Positions 39,423 to 48,800 of a stretch of 64,000 nucleotides of DNA are shown here, in pieces; position 1 is the stretch's first letter, and the number at the start of each line of letters is the position of its first letter. Source of the DNA: a virus (taxonomy: Duplodnaviria > Heunggongvirae > Uroviricota > Caudoviricetes); IMG/VR virus record IMGVR_UViG_3300010049_000009, positions 224,001 to 288,000 of that record; one strand, 5' to 3'. The notes beneath the pieces were generated by a model, which ran no database searches, was not told where the DNA came from, and worked only from the letters and a program-made list of their open reading frames with translations. Both the position numbers and the translations under genes were made by a program.

Positions 39423-40358
39423 ATGGAAAGACAATATTTAGATATTATGCAGGAAATCCTCGATAAGGGGGATTATAAACCAGCGGCAAGGGAAAACCTA
39501 CCAGGAACAAAAGAGTTGTTTGTACGCACAATCAGACACAACCTACAAGAAGGTTTTCCGCTGCTAACAACACGTAAGATTTATTTACGCGGAACATTTG
39601 AAGAACTAAAATGGTTTCTAAAAGGTAGTACAAATGTGGGTGAACTTATTCGTGCAAACTGTAATTTTTGGAATGAAGATGTTTATAAATTCAATCGAAA
39701 ATTATATGGGTTACACAATGTACCCGAATATGATACGTGGTTGGAGGAAGTAAAAGGTGGCGATGATCGTTTTGCGGATGGTGGTACGTTATATGGTTCA
39801 TTGTGGCGAAATTTCAACGGACAAACCGACCAAATTTGTAACTTAATCAATATGATATTGAAAACACCAAACTCACGTTATTCAATAGTATCCGCATGGC
39901 ATCCAACTGTTATTACGAATGGCGAAAACGCATTACCCGCTTGTCATATGATTTGGCAAACCAATGTTAGAGAAGGAAAATATTTGGATTTGTATATTGA
40001 TCAAAGAAGTTGTGATTTTCCTATCGGTGTACCTGTGAATATTGCGTCATACGCATTGTTAATACACATTTTGTGTTTGTTGTTACCATACGAACCAGGT
40101 GAATTGATATGGACAGGAAATAGCGTACATATCTACGAAAATCAATTTGAAACCTGTCAAGAACAGTTGAGCAGAGAACCAAGAGAATTACCCAAATTGA
40201 ATATTTTGGTAAATAAAACCATTAAAAATGAGTGGACTTCTTATGAATTAACATGGTTTTTTAATTCTTTGGAATTTAATAATTTAGAATTATCTAACTA
40301 TAATCCACATCCGAAGTTGGATTATGTCTTTTCTTCGGGATTAGTAAAAAAGAAATAA
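39423..40358 (+). CDS. thyA: Thymidylate synthase
   Basis: FPLLTTRK, ELKWF, ALPACH, QRSCD, GVPVNIASY, HIYENQ. Confidence 0.97.
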   Translation: MERQYLDIMQEILDKGDYKPAARENLPGTKELFVRTIRHNLQEGFPLLTTRKIYLRGTFEELKWFLKGSTNVGELIRANCNFWNEDVYKFNRKLYGLHNVPEYDTWLEEVKGGDDRFADGGTLYGSLWRNFNGQTDQICNLINMILKTPNSRYSIVSAWHPTVITNGENALPACHMIWQTNVREGKYLDLYIDQRSCDFPIGVPVNIASYALLIHILCLLLPYEPGELIWTGNSVHIYENQFETCQEQLSREPRELPKLNILVNKTIKNEWTSYELTWFFNSLEFNNLELSNYNPHPKLDYVFSSGLVKKK

Positions 40359-40519
40359 TGGTAACAAAATTCTATTGTTTAGATTGTAAAAACATAACCG
40401 AAACTGTTCGTTGGATTATGGAACGCGCTGAAAAAGCGGGTATGAAACTCAAATGTAGAACGTGTGGTAGTACAACGCTTTCGGAGATTGATGAAAAAGG
40501 TAAAAAAGTAGTATGTTAA
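40358..40519 (+). CDS. Small zinc-ribbon protein (53 aa, not in ORF track)
   Basis: MVTKFYCLDCKN...KCRTCGST; TAATG coupling to thyA. Confidence 0.65.
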   Translation: MVTKFYCLDCKNITETVRWIMERAEKAGMKLKCRTCGSTTLSEIDEKGKKVVC

Positions 40520-40776
40520 TACAGATAATTATAACAATTTGTGGGATTTCTTCAATTTGGTTAGTTGGAAGAAAAGAGAATTGGCGTAAATACGGATATG
40601 TGATAGGTTTGGTAGCACAACCATTTTGGTTTATATGGGCATATCAAACAGAATCTTGGGGGATTTTGATAATGTCAATATTCTACGCATACTCTTGGGC
40701 GCAGGGGGTTTATAACCACTTTGAAGAATTTAAAAAACGTATCCACAAAGTTTTCGACATACCTTCGGGTCAATAA
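40513..40776 (+). CDS. Small 3-TM membrane protein, half PnuC-like
   Basis: Three hydrophobic segments; GYVIGLVAQPFWFIWAY...WG. Confidence 0.6.
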   Translation: MLIQIIITICGISSIWLVGRKENWRKYGYVIGLVAQPFWFIWAYQTESWGILIMSIFYAYSWAQGVYNHFEEFKKRIHKVFDIPSGQ

Positions 40777-40779
40777 TCA

Positions 40780-41370
40780 TCATTTTTTAGACACTGTTTT
40801 TAGTGTCGAAGGGGTAAGTACAAATGCTTGTGTATTATTAATCACAAACAATATTTGCCCCTTTTTATTTTGTACAATTTTACCGGAATATGATTTACCT
40901 TCTATTACTAATGATAATTGTTTCGGTGTATCTTCAACAATTTCATAGTTTTCCGCCATATATTGTCTTTGTTGTGGTTGTTGGTATTGTGGTTGTGGCG
41001 ACATACTATTAGCAACTGCTTCTAATATACTTCCCGACCCAGCACCAGCTGCCACGGGTGGTGTTTTAACAAGGTTGTTGAAATAACTTTCCCCAAGCAT
41101 ACCTCTCAAAACGTCATTATTTACATTTTGTGTACCACCCGGTTGGTGATGTATTCTTGGTATTTTATGTCCACCCTGTACAGATTCATTAGATAGTTGA
41201 ACAGGTGGAAGCGGCGCATTACCGGCGGCTACCATACCGACCCCACCTCTATTATTTTGTTTGGTTTTATCAACGCTTTTATTAAGTACTTCATTGAATA
41301 AAGCACTTGGGTTATCTGTTTGAAACAGGTGTTGCATTAAGTTTTCACTTGGTATATTATTATCCATCAT
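40780..41370 (-). CDS. Hypothetical protein, low complexity with C-terminal beta domain
   Basis: 196-aa ORF with several (L/I)xE sites. Confidence 0.7.
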   Translation of the reverse strand: MMDNNIPSENLMQHLFQTDNPSALFNEVLNKSVDKTKQNNRGGVGMVAAGNAPLPPVQLSNESVQGGHKIPRIHHQPGGTQNVNNDVLRGMLGESYFNNLVKTPPVAAGAGSGSILEAVANSMSPQPQYQQPQQRQYMAENYEIVEDTPKQLSLVIEGKSYSGKIVQNKKGQILFVINNTQAFVLTPSTLKTVSKK

Positions 41371-41420
41371 AACATCTTTTTTAATTAATATAATAGTATG
41401 AGAATATTATTCAACTGTTA

Positions 41421-42218
41421 TTAGATTTTTAGTTTATCTTTTATCTTTTTTTCAGACGAAGTTTTCTTTTTATTCGGTATTGATATGTTTTGACTACCAC
41501 TTTCTGTTCTATATATACCCCAATATTTGTTAGTGAGTGTTTGGGATTTAGTAAATAACTCTTTTGTTCTCTGCAACATTGCTTCGAGAGTTTTCTTTCG
41601 GAATGGTTTGATTTTTTTACCCGCTTGTTCGTCTTTCAACAACTTATTGTACATATTATTAACACTTGTATATGTACCTTTCAAGTCATTTGTTGTTTTT
41701 CTTAAATCATCATATTTCTTTTTAACCGATTGTGTTGGTAATTGAAGGTCTTGTTTAACATCTTTTTCACTTTCGGTTTCGTCACCCGGTAATGCGCTAC
41801 CACCAACTACGATTGGTTTTCCTGGTTCGTTGAAATTTGCTATAATTCGTTCTCTGTCTGACCTAAACCACCTATCATCTTCGGGATTAAATTGGGGTGG
41901 TGGGTTTGTTACGGTGTTAGTTAAGACATTAAATTCCACAATATCTTTCAAATATAATACTTTATACAATGACCCCTGCGGTGGTTTTTGAGTTTGTCCC
42001 CACGAAGCGTTTTTTGGTTTGATTTGATAAAAACGAATGGCGGGTTGGTCTTGATAGCGACCTGTACCCAAACACAAAACAACACCGTACCGTGTACTTG
42101 GTACGCTGCCATATCCTGGGACCTGCGAATTGTATGTTGTTACAGCACAAAGGCGATTACCTTTCAATGCTCTCAAAATATCATTTCGGTTTGCAGATTC
42201 ATTGATTATTCTTAACAT
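41421..42218 (-). CDS. Divergent WYL-like domain protein with IINE leader
   Basis: ILRALKGNR...R.G..LCLG...AIRFYQ...YKVLYLKDI...PPQFNPEDD resembles phage WYL-like proteins. Confidence 0.5.
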   Translation of the reverse strand: MLRIINESANRNDILRALKGNRLCAVTTYNSQVPGYGSVPSTRYGVVLCLGTGRYQDQPAIRFYQIKPKNASWGQTQKPPQGSLYKVLYLKDIVEFNVLTNTVTNPPPQFNPEDDRWFRSDRERIIANFNEPGKPIVVGGSALPGDETESEKDVKQDLQLPTQSVKKKYDDLRKTTNDLKGTYTSVNNMYNKLLKDEQAGKKIKPFRKKTLEAMLQRTKELFTKSQTLTNKYWGIYRTESGSQNISIPNKKKTSSEKKIKDKLKI

Positions 42219-42222
42219 ATGT

Positions 42223-42230
42223 ATAAATAG
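42223..42230 (-). promoter_or_regulatory. CTATTTAT late-type promoter motif, near-leaderless
   Basis: 4 nt upstream of ATG 42218. Confidence 0.5.
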
Positions 42231-42278
42231 TTTAAAAGTTCTAATTTATATTGTATGTTTGTACAAAAATACGTTTAT

Positions 42279-42869
42279 ATGAATATAAATACTCAAAAGA
42301 TTTCGTTAAGGGAAAAGTTCACCATACACGTAATGGGTATGTTGGAATTTCACCAACTAATGACAAAAAGTGATTTCAATGATTCTAATATTGAAGACCA
42401 AACCAAATTGGCGATTATATCAATAACAGGTGGTGAACCTTCGGATAAACATTATTTCAAAAGAAGTCATGCAAACGTTTTGAATATATCTTTCTACGAT
42501 ATTGACGAAGCGGTTGAAATAAGTGGTGTAAAACATGAACCAATTACTGTTGAACAAGCACGAAGAATAATTGATTTCATTGAAGTAAATCAAAATAAAA
42601 ATTATATTATTCATTGTGTGGCTGGTGTTTCACGGTCGGGGGCTGTTGCACAATTTATAACTGATTTCTATGGGTGGGCGGACAAATCTACATTCAATTA
42701 TCAGTATGGAAAGAAGATTATTCCTAACACTATCGTTAGAAAAAGGTTAAAAGAGGAGTGGATCGGAAAACACTCTAAATTGGATATTAACGAATATCAA
42801 GAAATGTTAAAACAAAATGAAGTACAAACACTAGAAGTAAAAGAAAAAGAAGATGGAGAAAATACTTAA
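42279..42869 (+). CDS. Protein tyrosine/dual-specificity (CX5R) phosphatase
   Basis: IIHCVAGVSRSGAVA, upstream FYD acid loop, downstream PN. Confidence 0.88.
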   Translation: MNINTQKISLREKFTIHVMGMLEFHQLMTKSDFNDSNIEDQTKLAIISITGGEPSDKHYFKRSHANVLNISFYDIDEAVEISGVKHEPITVEQARRIIDFIEVNQNKNYIIHCVAGVSRSGAVAQFITDFYGWADKSTFNYQYGKKIIPNTIVRKRLKEEWIGKHSKLDINEYQEMLKQNEVQTLEVKEKEDGENT

Positions 42870-43302
42870 CATAGCAATCGTATCCCACGATAGGCGAAAA
42901 GAGGATATGATAGAGTGGGCAAGACACAACGTTGAGTTTTTGTGCAAACATAATTTATATTGCACAGGAACAACCGGTGGTTTAGTGAAAAAAATGTTTC
43001 AAGAAGAAAACTGTTCCGGTAGAAATGTTACGTGTTATAAATCGGGTCCGGTTGGCGGCGACTTGGAAATTGGTGCAATGGTTGTGAACGGAAATATTAA
43101 TTTCTGTATATTTTTGATTGACGACCTCAATCCAAACCCGCACGAATCTGATATTCAGGCGTTGTTGCGACAGTGTCGTATTCACAATGTTCCTGTTGCA
43201 TGTAACAGACACAGTGCTGACTTAATGATAACAAGTACATTGTGGGATGAAGATTATAAACCCACAAAACCAAAATACGCCAACTTCAAAAGAGAGGGGT
43301 AA
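42853..43302 (+). CDS. mgsA: Methylglyoxal synthase
   Basis: SHDRRK, CTGTTG, SGPVGGD, PHESDIQALLRQC, PVACN. Confidence 0.95.
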   Translation: MEKILNIAIVSHDRRKEDMIEWARHNVEFLCKHNLYCTGTTGGLVKKMFQEENCSGRNVTCYKSGPVGGDLEIGAMVVNGNINFCIFLIDDLNPNPHESDIQALLRQCRIHNVPVACNRHSADLMITSTLWDEDYKPTKPKYANFKREG

Positions 43303-43304
43303 AC

Positions 43305-43331
43305 ATCGGATTAATTTTTAATCTTTTTATT
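43305..43331 (+). promoter_or_regulatory. ATCGGATTA-N12-TTTATT promoter
   Basis: Exact 12-nt spacing. Confidence 0.7.
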
Positions 43332-43344
43332 GACCAATTGTCGT

Positions 43345-43803
43345 ATGACACATCGGGAATTATGCAAAGCCGGAGCATCATTTATGAAACGGTACGGTAT
43401 TGCAAAGTGGGAAAAACCCACATATGTAGTATGCGAATTAGAACGTTGCGGAGAATCCCCTGATGTATTTGGTTTCGGTGGTGCGCGCACACAATTAATT
43501 GAGGTCAAAACATCACGTGCAGATTTTCTTGCCGACAAAAAGAAACTTTGGCGAATAAATCCCGAAATGGGTTTGGGTGAATTGCGGTCCTTTCTTTGTA
43601 TGGAAGGTCTTATTTTAGAAGGAGAGTTGCCGCTGAATTGGGGTCTATTATATTGTGACAACAAACAGAGGATCGGATTAATTCGCGAACCATATATTCA
43701 AGCAGCGTGTTCGTATCAAGAAATGAATCTTGCTGCGTCAGTGTTGAGAAGAGAGGGGGTAAAGTCAAAAATTTTTTCATATAAAAAATATAAAAATGAA
43801 TAG
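43345..43803 (+). CDS. PD-(D/E)xK nuclease-fold protein (MmcB-like)
   Basis: ESPDVFGF...LIEVKTSRADFLADKKK...ELPLNWGL. Confidence 0.7.
   Translation: MTHRELCKAGASFMKRYGIAKWEKPTYVVCELERCGESPDVFGFGGARTQLIEVKTSRADFLADKKKLWRINPEMGLGELRSFLCMEGLILEGELPLNWGLLYCDNKQRIGLIREPYIQAACSYQEMNLAASVLRREGVKSKIFSYKKYKNE
43672..43698 (+). promoter_or_regulatory. Intragenic ATCGGATTA-N12-TATATT promoter upstream of sigma genes
   Basis: Perfect motif and spacing retained inside a coding sequence. Confidence 0.7.
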
Positions 43804-44014
43804 TACAGATAAAAAGGACTTGCAGATAGAAAATCTGACAAGAGAGGTAGAGAGAATAGAGATGTGGTTAGGACAACATCTCGAAAACAACCTCAATAAA
43901 AACGGTGGTACAATTGCCGTAGTCGAAATTCCTGTAGTGGAAATTCTTGACATATATAGATTGATTTCCGATACGTTGGAAAAAATCTATGAAACCGATG
44001 AAACCGAAGATTAG
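43796..44014 (+). CDS. Hypothetical protein
   Basis: 72-aa ORF overlapping the upstream stop. Confidence 0.55.
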   Translation: MNSTDKKDLQIENLTREVERIEMWLGQHLENNLNKNGGTIAVVEIPVVEILDIYRLISDTLEKIYETDETED

Positions 44015-44043
44015 TAACCAAAAACAATAATAATAAATAAAAC

Positions 44044-45153
44044 ATGAGAAGTAGTCTTAATACGAAGAAAGTTGGTTTTTTTACGGAAGCAAATGATGTT
44101 GTGAGTGCTTATTACAAGGATATACGCGACACAATGACATTATTACCCGAAGAAGAAGTGGCATTGTTCAGAGCATATAAAGAAAATGGTGATGAAAAGG
44201 CGCGGATTAAATTAATCGAAGCAAATCAAAAATTTGTGGTTTCTGTTGCCAAAAAATACATCAACAATACCAACCAATCAATTTTATCCGACCTAATCAA
44301 TGAGGGAAACATTGGGTTGATGACCGCATTAGAAAATTTTAATATGGAGAGGGGTTTCAAATTCATAACATATGCTGTGTGGTATATCAAAAGAGAAATC
44401 CAAAACTTCATAATTGATAACAAATTGGTTGCTCAAACAAATTTGCAAAAAACAATATTCCATGTTGATAAAATTAAGGAGAAATTCCGAAACATTAATG
44501 GAAGGGAAATGGATGTTGATGAATTAATGGAAGAGTTGGAACAACAACACAACGTAAAAATAATTGATAAAAGTGATTTGTATGTTTTATCCTTTGATTC
44601 GATTGACACACCGGCGACACCAAAAACAGAGCAAGACGAATTTTCTCCAACCGAAAGTGAGTTCAATAATATGTTTTACACACAAAACACCATTATTGAC
44701 ATAATCGATGACGAGGATAATAAAATATTAGCCAAAGAATATTTGACAATATTATTACCACGTGAGCGGGAAATCGTTGAATTATATTACGGTATAAATA
44801 CATTTGCTGAATATACTTTGGATGATATTGCTGATAACTATGGTTTCACTACCGAAAGAATTAGACAAATCATTAAAAATGCGATTGACATAATGAAAAT
44901 ACGTCATAAAGTTAGTAGAATTGACGAAATAAAACAATATGTAACGCTATTATCAAGAGTAGAGGTGTATTTATTAAACTTACATCTAATGCAAAAATTT
45001 ACACCACAGGATATTTCCGAGAGATCGGATTTTACCGCCGAAAGTATTCAACAGGCGTTGTGTGGTGCGATAGAAATAGTTTATAACTTTTATAAATTTA
45101 GATTAAATGAAAATAGATACGAGGTTAAAGTCAAAAATCTTTCAGCGGAGTGA
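44044..45153 (+). CDS. RpoD/sigma70-family sigma factor 1 with extra C-terminal region-4-like repeat
   Basis: ANQKFVVSVAKKY, DLINEGNIGL, GFKFITYAVWYI, region 4 TLDDIADNYGFTTERIRQI. Confidence 0.9.
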   Translation: MRSSLNTKKVGFFTEANDVVSAYYKDIRDTMTLLPEEEVALFRAYKENGDEKARIKLIEANQKFVVSVAKKYINNTNQSILSDLINEGNIGLMTALENFNMERGFKFITYAVWYIKREIQNFIIDNKLVAQTNLQKTIFHVDKIKEKFRNINGREMDVDELMEELEQQHNVKIIDKSDLYVLSFDSIDTPATPKTEQDEFSPTESEFNNMFYTQNTIIDIIDDEDNKILAKEYLTILLPREREIVELYYGINTFAEYTLDDIADNYGFTTERIRQIIKNAIDIMKIRHKVSRIDEIKQYVTLLSRVEVYLLNLHLMQKFTPQDISERSDFTAESIQQALCGAIEIVYNFYKFRLNENRYEVKVKNLSAE

Positions 45154-46021
45154 CTCATTACAAAAATTCTACACCGACATTGCCAAATACCCTATTTTGG
45201 GGGTTGATGAGGAAGTAGAACTCTTTCACTCTTATAGAAATGACGGCGACATAAGGGCTAGGGATAAAATAATCCAAAGCAACCAACGCTTCGTAGTGTC
45301 GGTTGCCAAAAAATACGCCAAAACAGAAATCGAATTAATGGATATGATTTCAGAAGGAAACATTGGGTTGATGAAGGCGGCTGAAAAATTTGATACCACC
45401 TATGGATTCAAGTTTATAAGTTATGCAGTACATTGGATATATTCTTACATTTCAACATATTTGAATAAGAGGGAATTAATCAAGAAAAACGTTGATTATC
45501 AACTCCGAAAGAAAGTTGAAGAGATAAGGAAAGAACTCAATAAAGAGGGGTGGGATGTAAATATCAGTACAATAGCATCTATATTAAAGGATAGACATAA
45601 TATCCACGTAAGCGAAGAAGAGTTATGTGCAATATCCACCATTTCTATTGATATTCCAATAGACGACACAGATTATGTTTCCGGTCTAACAGATTTCAAT
45701 GAGTTTTACTGTTCTCACAATGAGGTTACAGATGCCATTGATGACGACCATAACAAGTTTCTTGTGGAAACATATTTGAGTTATCTAACAGCCAAAGAAC
45801 AAGAAGTCATCAAACTTTACTTCGGGATTGATGGTGAAGAAGCGTTAGGAACATTTGCAATGGTCGCCCAAAGATTGGAAATACCCAATCACCGCGCTGC
45901 TGGTCTTTTTCACAGAGGATTACGTAAAATGCAAATAGAATTTCGGAGAACAAAAAAACGAAGATCGGATTATTTTAGTAAAAATATATTAAGTGATAGT
46001 TATAAATTTTTAAATTCATAA
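45107..46021 (+). CDS. RpoD/sigma70-family sigma factor 2 with divergent region 4.2
   Basis: SNQRFVVSVAKKY, DMISEGNIGLMKAAEKFD, GFKFISYAVHWI. Confidence 0.9.
   Translation: MKIDTRLKSKIFQRSDSLQKFYTDIAKYPILGVDEEVELFHSYRNDGDIRARDKIIQSNQRFVVSVAKKYAKTEIELMDMISEGNIGLMKAAEKFDTTYGFKFISYAVHWIYSYISTYLNKRELIKKNVDYQLRKKVEEIRKELNKEGWDVNISTIASILKDRHNIHVSEEELCAISTISIDIPIDDTDYVSGLTDFNEFYCSHNEVTDAIDDDHNKFLVETYLSYLTAKEQEVIKLYFGIDGEEALGTFAMVAQRLEIPNHRAAGLFHRGLRKMQIEFRRTKKRRSDYFSKNILSDSYKFLNS
45964..45990 (+). promoter_or_regulatory. ATCGGATTA-N12-TATATT promoter upstream of parB-like gene
   Basis: Exact motif and spacing. Confidence 0.7.
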
Positions 46022-46026
46022 AACAA

Positions 46027-47016
46027 ATGGAAAATATAAATATGAAAGTCGTTAAAAGCGACGAGGAAATTTTAGGTAGTGTGAGTGGTGGTGATGTGAA
46101 CAAAACCGTAAGAAAAGACGTTTTTCAAATTGACCCAAAAACGTTGACGGTGGATGCGGAACACAATGTTCGTAATTTTACAGACAAGGTTGTTCTCGAA
46201 CACATTGAATCGTTGGCAGCAAATATTGCTGAAAACGGTGTTTTAACGCCGCTGACGTGCCGCAGGGAATCTATTGGAAAAGACCCCAACACCGGCGAAC
46301 CCATTTACAAGTACATTATTGTTGACGGCGAATGTCGCTATCGTGCAACACTATTACTTGAAAGTAGAGGTACACCTGTTTGCCGAGTTCCTGCAATTTT
46401 GGAAAGGTCAACCAACAACGAGGCGAACCGAGTTTTGGATATGTTAAACGCCAATGAGAGTTTGCGTTTTGCGCCGATTGAACTCGCTGCTGCGTATAAT
46501 AAGTTCTTGAACTTCGGTTGGACAGAAGAAGAAATTGCCAAAAAATTGGGTAAGAGTTTAAACCACGTAAAAGAAACGGTTGCATTGTTAGCGCATGACG
46601 AAAGTGTTATTGCAGCACTTAAAAGTAACAAAGTTACCGCCAACAATGTGCGCCAACTTGATAAAAAAATCAAGGAAGAAGGTGTAATGAACGATTACAC
46701 CCGGAAAAAAGAGGTGAGTGAAAGACTTGAAAAGGCTATCAAACTTGCCGAAACGGAAGAGGGTGGTGTTGCGAAAAGTGGAAAACTGAATATCACAAAG
46801 TTTTTGGGTATCAGTCAAACGGAAAGTGAACGCATTATCAGCGCAATCGAATTAATAACCGATACGTTGAGAAACAGGGATTTCACACGGGCAAACCTAC
46901 TCGACTTGGCGGAAGATTTACGTGCCGGACAATCAATCCAAAACGCTGTCAATCATGTGTTTGGATTATCACTTATCGAAGATACGGAAGTGGAAGTATC
47001 TGCGAATGACGAATAA
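46027..47016 (+). CDS. ParB/Srx-domain protein with HTH
   Basis: LAANIAENGVLTPL, IVDGECRYRA, GWTEEEIAKKLGKS. Confidence 0.88.
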   Translation: MENINMKVVKSDEEILGSVSGGDVNKTVRKDVFQIDPKTLTVDAEHNVRNFTDKVVLEHIESLAANIAENGVLTPLTCRRESIGKDPNTGEPIYKYIIVDGECRYRATLLLESRGTPVCRVPAILERSTNNEANRVLDMLNANESLRFAPIELAAAYNKFLNFGWTEEEIAKKLGKSLNHVKETVALLAHDESVIAALKSNKVTANNVRQLDKKIKEEGVMNDYTRKKEVSERLEKAIKLAETEEGGVAKSGKLNITKFLGISQTESERIISAIELITDTLRNRDFTRANLLDLAEDLRAGQSIQNAVNHVFGLSLIEDTEVEVSANDE

Positions 47017-47033
47017 TACTTTTTTTCTGCTGT

Positions 47034-47067
47034 GGGGTGATTAGCGATAATCACCCCTTTTGTTTTT
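47034..47067 (+). terminator. Intrinsic terminator
   Basis: ggggtgatta-GCGA-taatcacccc perfect 10-bp stem followed by a T-tract. Confidence 0.88.
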
Positions 47068-47113
47068 CATAAAAATAACTATATATTTACAGAAAATTTT
47101 AAAGTAATTAAAA

Positions 47114-48208
47114 ATGAATTTATACGATAGATTAGGTATAACCGCCGAAGAGAAGAAATTACAGGGAAAACCTTTTGAAGATGTTGTTAAACGTCAGTAT
47201 AGAGCGTATGCTACACAGCATCACCCCGATAAATTTCAAGACCCAAAAGAAAAAGAAGAAGCAACGACTAAATTTCAAGGTATTGCCGAAGCAAAAGATG
47301 TTTTATCAGATTCACAAAAGAGGATGCAATATGATATGACAGGAAGTACTTCGGGATTTAACTTCCAAAATTTTAATTCGCGTGCCGATATTGATGATAT
47401 ATTACAATCATTCTTTCATGGTGGGGGTCATTGGGGGTTTAGACAACAACATCAACCCCAACAACAAATAATAAAGGGTCAAGACGTTGTAATACGCATA
47501 ACCCTCGACATAAAAGACGTGTACAAAGGCACGGAAAAGAAATATAAATTCAAACGCGGTATCACTTGTTCACATTGCGAAGGTGTAAATCTTCAAACTT
47601 GTTATACTTGTAAGGGGAGTGGTATGGTAACAACCTCACAACAAATGGGTGGCACAATGTTCTTCCAACAAACAAACATATGTCCACACTGTCAAGGAAC
47701 AGGAAAAACAGTTCAACAAAATTCAAAACAATGTAGTTATTGTAAAAACATTGGTGTAATTGAAAAAGAAGAAATTGTTACATTACAAATACCACGTGGA
47801 ATTACCAAGGGTGTAACCCTATCACGTGAAGGTATGGGACACCAACTCCCAAAAGGTTATAGTGGAGTAAGTGGTGATTTGAAAATTGTAATTGGTAATA
47901 TCACAAGCGATTTATACCAAGTTGATAACTATAATCTTGTAAGATATTTGGATGTTCCTATCCTGGATATTATTACGGGTACTAGTGTTGATATTACAAC
48001 ACCGGTTGGTGAAAAAATAAAGGTGGATATACCCCAAAATTTCACTAATACAGGTTCGTTAATGTTGGGTGGATACGGAATACCACATGGTAATCAAAAA
48101 TCCGCTGGTGATATTTATTTAGTGATTAAACACAAGTTTCCGACTATATTAGATAGTTCGGATAAAAAGAAAATCGAAGAATTGAAGAAATCTAAAAATT
48201 TTAAATAA
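47114..48208 (+). CDS. dnaJ: DnaJ chaperone (type I)
   Basis: HPD motif, G/F region, four CxxC repeats, C-terminal GDLKI/GDIYL. Confidence 0.93.
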   Translation: MNLYDRLGITAEEKKLQGKPFEDVVKRQYRAYATQHHPDKFQDPKEKEEATTKFQGIAEAKDVLSDSQKRMQYDMTGSTSGFNFQNFNSRADIDDILQSFFHGGGHWGFRQQHQPQQQIIKGQDVVIRITLDIKDVYKGTEKKYKFKRGITCSHCEGVNLQTCYTCKGSGMVTTSQQMGGTMFFQQTNICPHCQGTGKTVQQNSKQCSYCKNIGVIEKEEIVTLQIPRGITKGVTLSREGMGHQLPKGYSGVSGDLKIVIGNITSDLYQVDNYNLVRYLDVPILDIITGTSVDITTPVGEKIKVDIPQNFTNTGSLMLGGYGIPHGNQKSAGDIYLVIKHKFPTILDSSDKKKIEELKKSKNFK

Positions 48209-48209
48209 T

Positions 48210-48746
48210 ATGACACTTTTTGCATGGTTTTTAATAATTGGGATTACAGCAACATGGTTTGCGTTTTACTATTTTGGTCCCGAAGACACTTATGATAGTT
48301 ATTGGTTTTGGTGGTTTGTTCGTAAATACATTTTTATAATGGTGATTTTATTTATAGTTATGTATATAGCAAACGGATTTGATAATGAGGAAAGGTTTCA
48401 AATAGTAGAAACAAAGGAAACCATTCACACATTAGTTTCGTTAGGTGCACGAGCATCACTTGAAGGAAAATTCTTTTTAGGTACAGGAAAAGTGGGTGAA
48501 AACCCACGTTACTACTTTATGAGAGAAGAAGTGGGTGGTTATCGTATGGCTTGTGTAACAACACATAATACATTAGTTATTGAAGATAATAATGAAACAC
48601 CAAGAGTAGAGAAGGTGCGGGTTGTAAATAAAGCAATCAAACCACGTTTCTTTAAGTATGACGAAAACAAACACACTAGTTACCGGATTTATATACCCGA
48701 AAACTCGATTACAAGGGATTTTAAAATTGATGTAAATAACCTTTAA
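48210..48746 (+). CDS. Hypothetical membrane protein
   Basis: Two N-terminal TM segments; LEGKFFLGTG motif. Confidence 0.7.
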   Translation: MTLFAWFLIIGITATWFAFYYFGPEDTYDSYWFWWFVRKYIFIMVILFIVMYIANGFDNEERFQIVETKETIHTLVSLGARASLEGKFFLGTGKVGENPRYYFMREEVGGYRMACVTTHNTLVIEDNNETPRVEKVRVVNKAIKPRFFKYDENKHTSYRIYIPENSITRDFKIDVNNL

Positions 48747-48800
48747 CTATTCGGAAAATCACAAATAACCTTATATTTATAGATATAAAAAAGGTGTATT

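Noticed and set aside
39423-40358. ThyA as a dCMP hydroxymethylase for hypermodified DNA
   Set aside because: Retains the dUMP-specifying Asn (PVNIASY) and sits beside DHFR.
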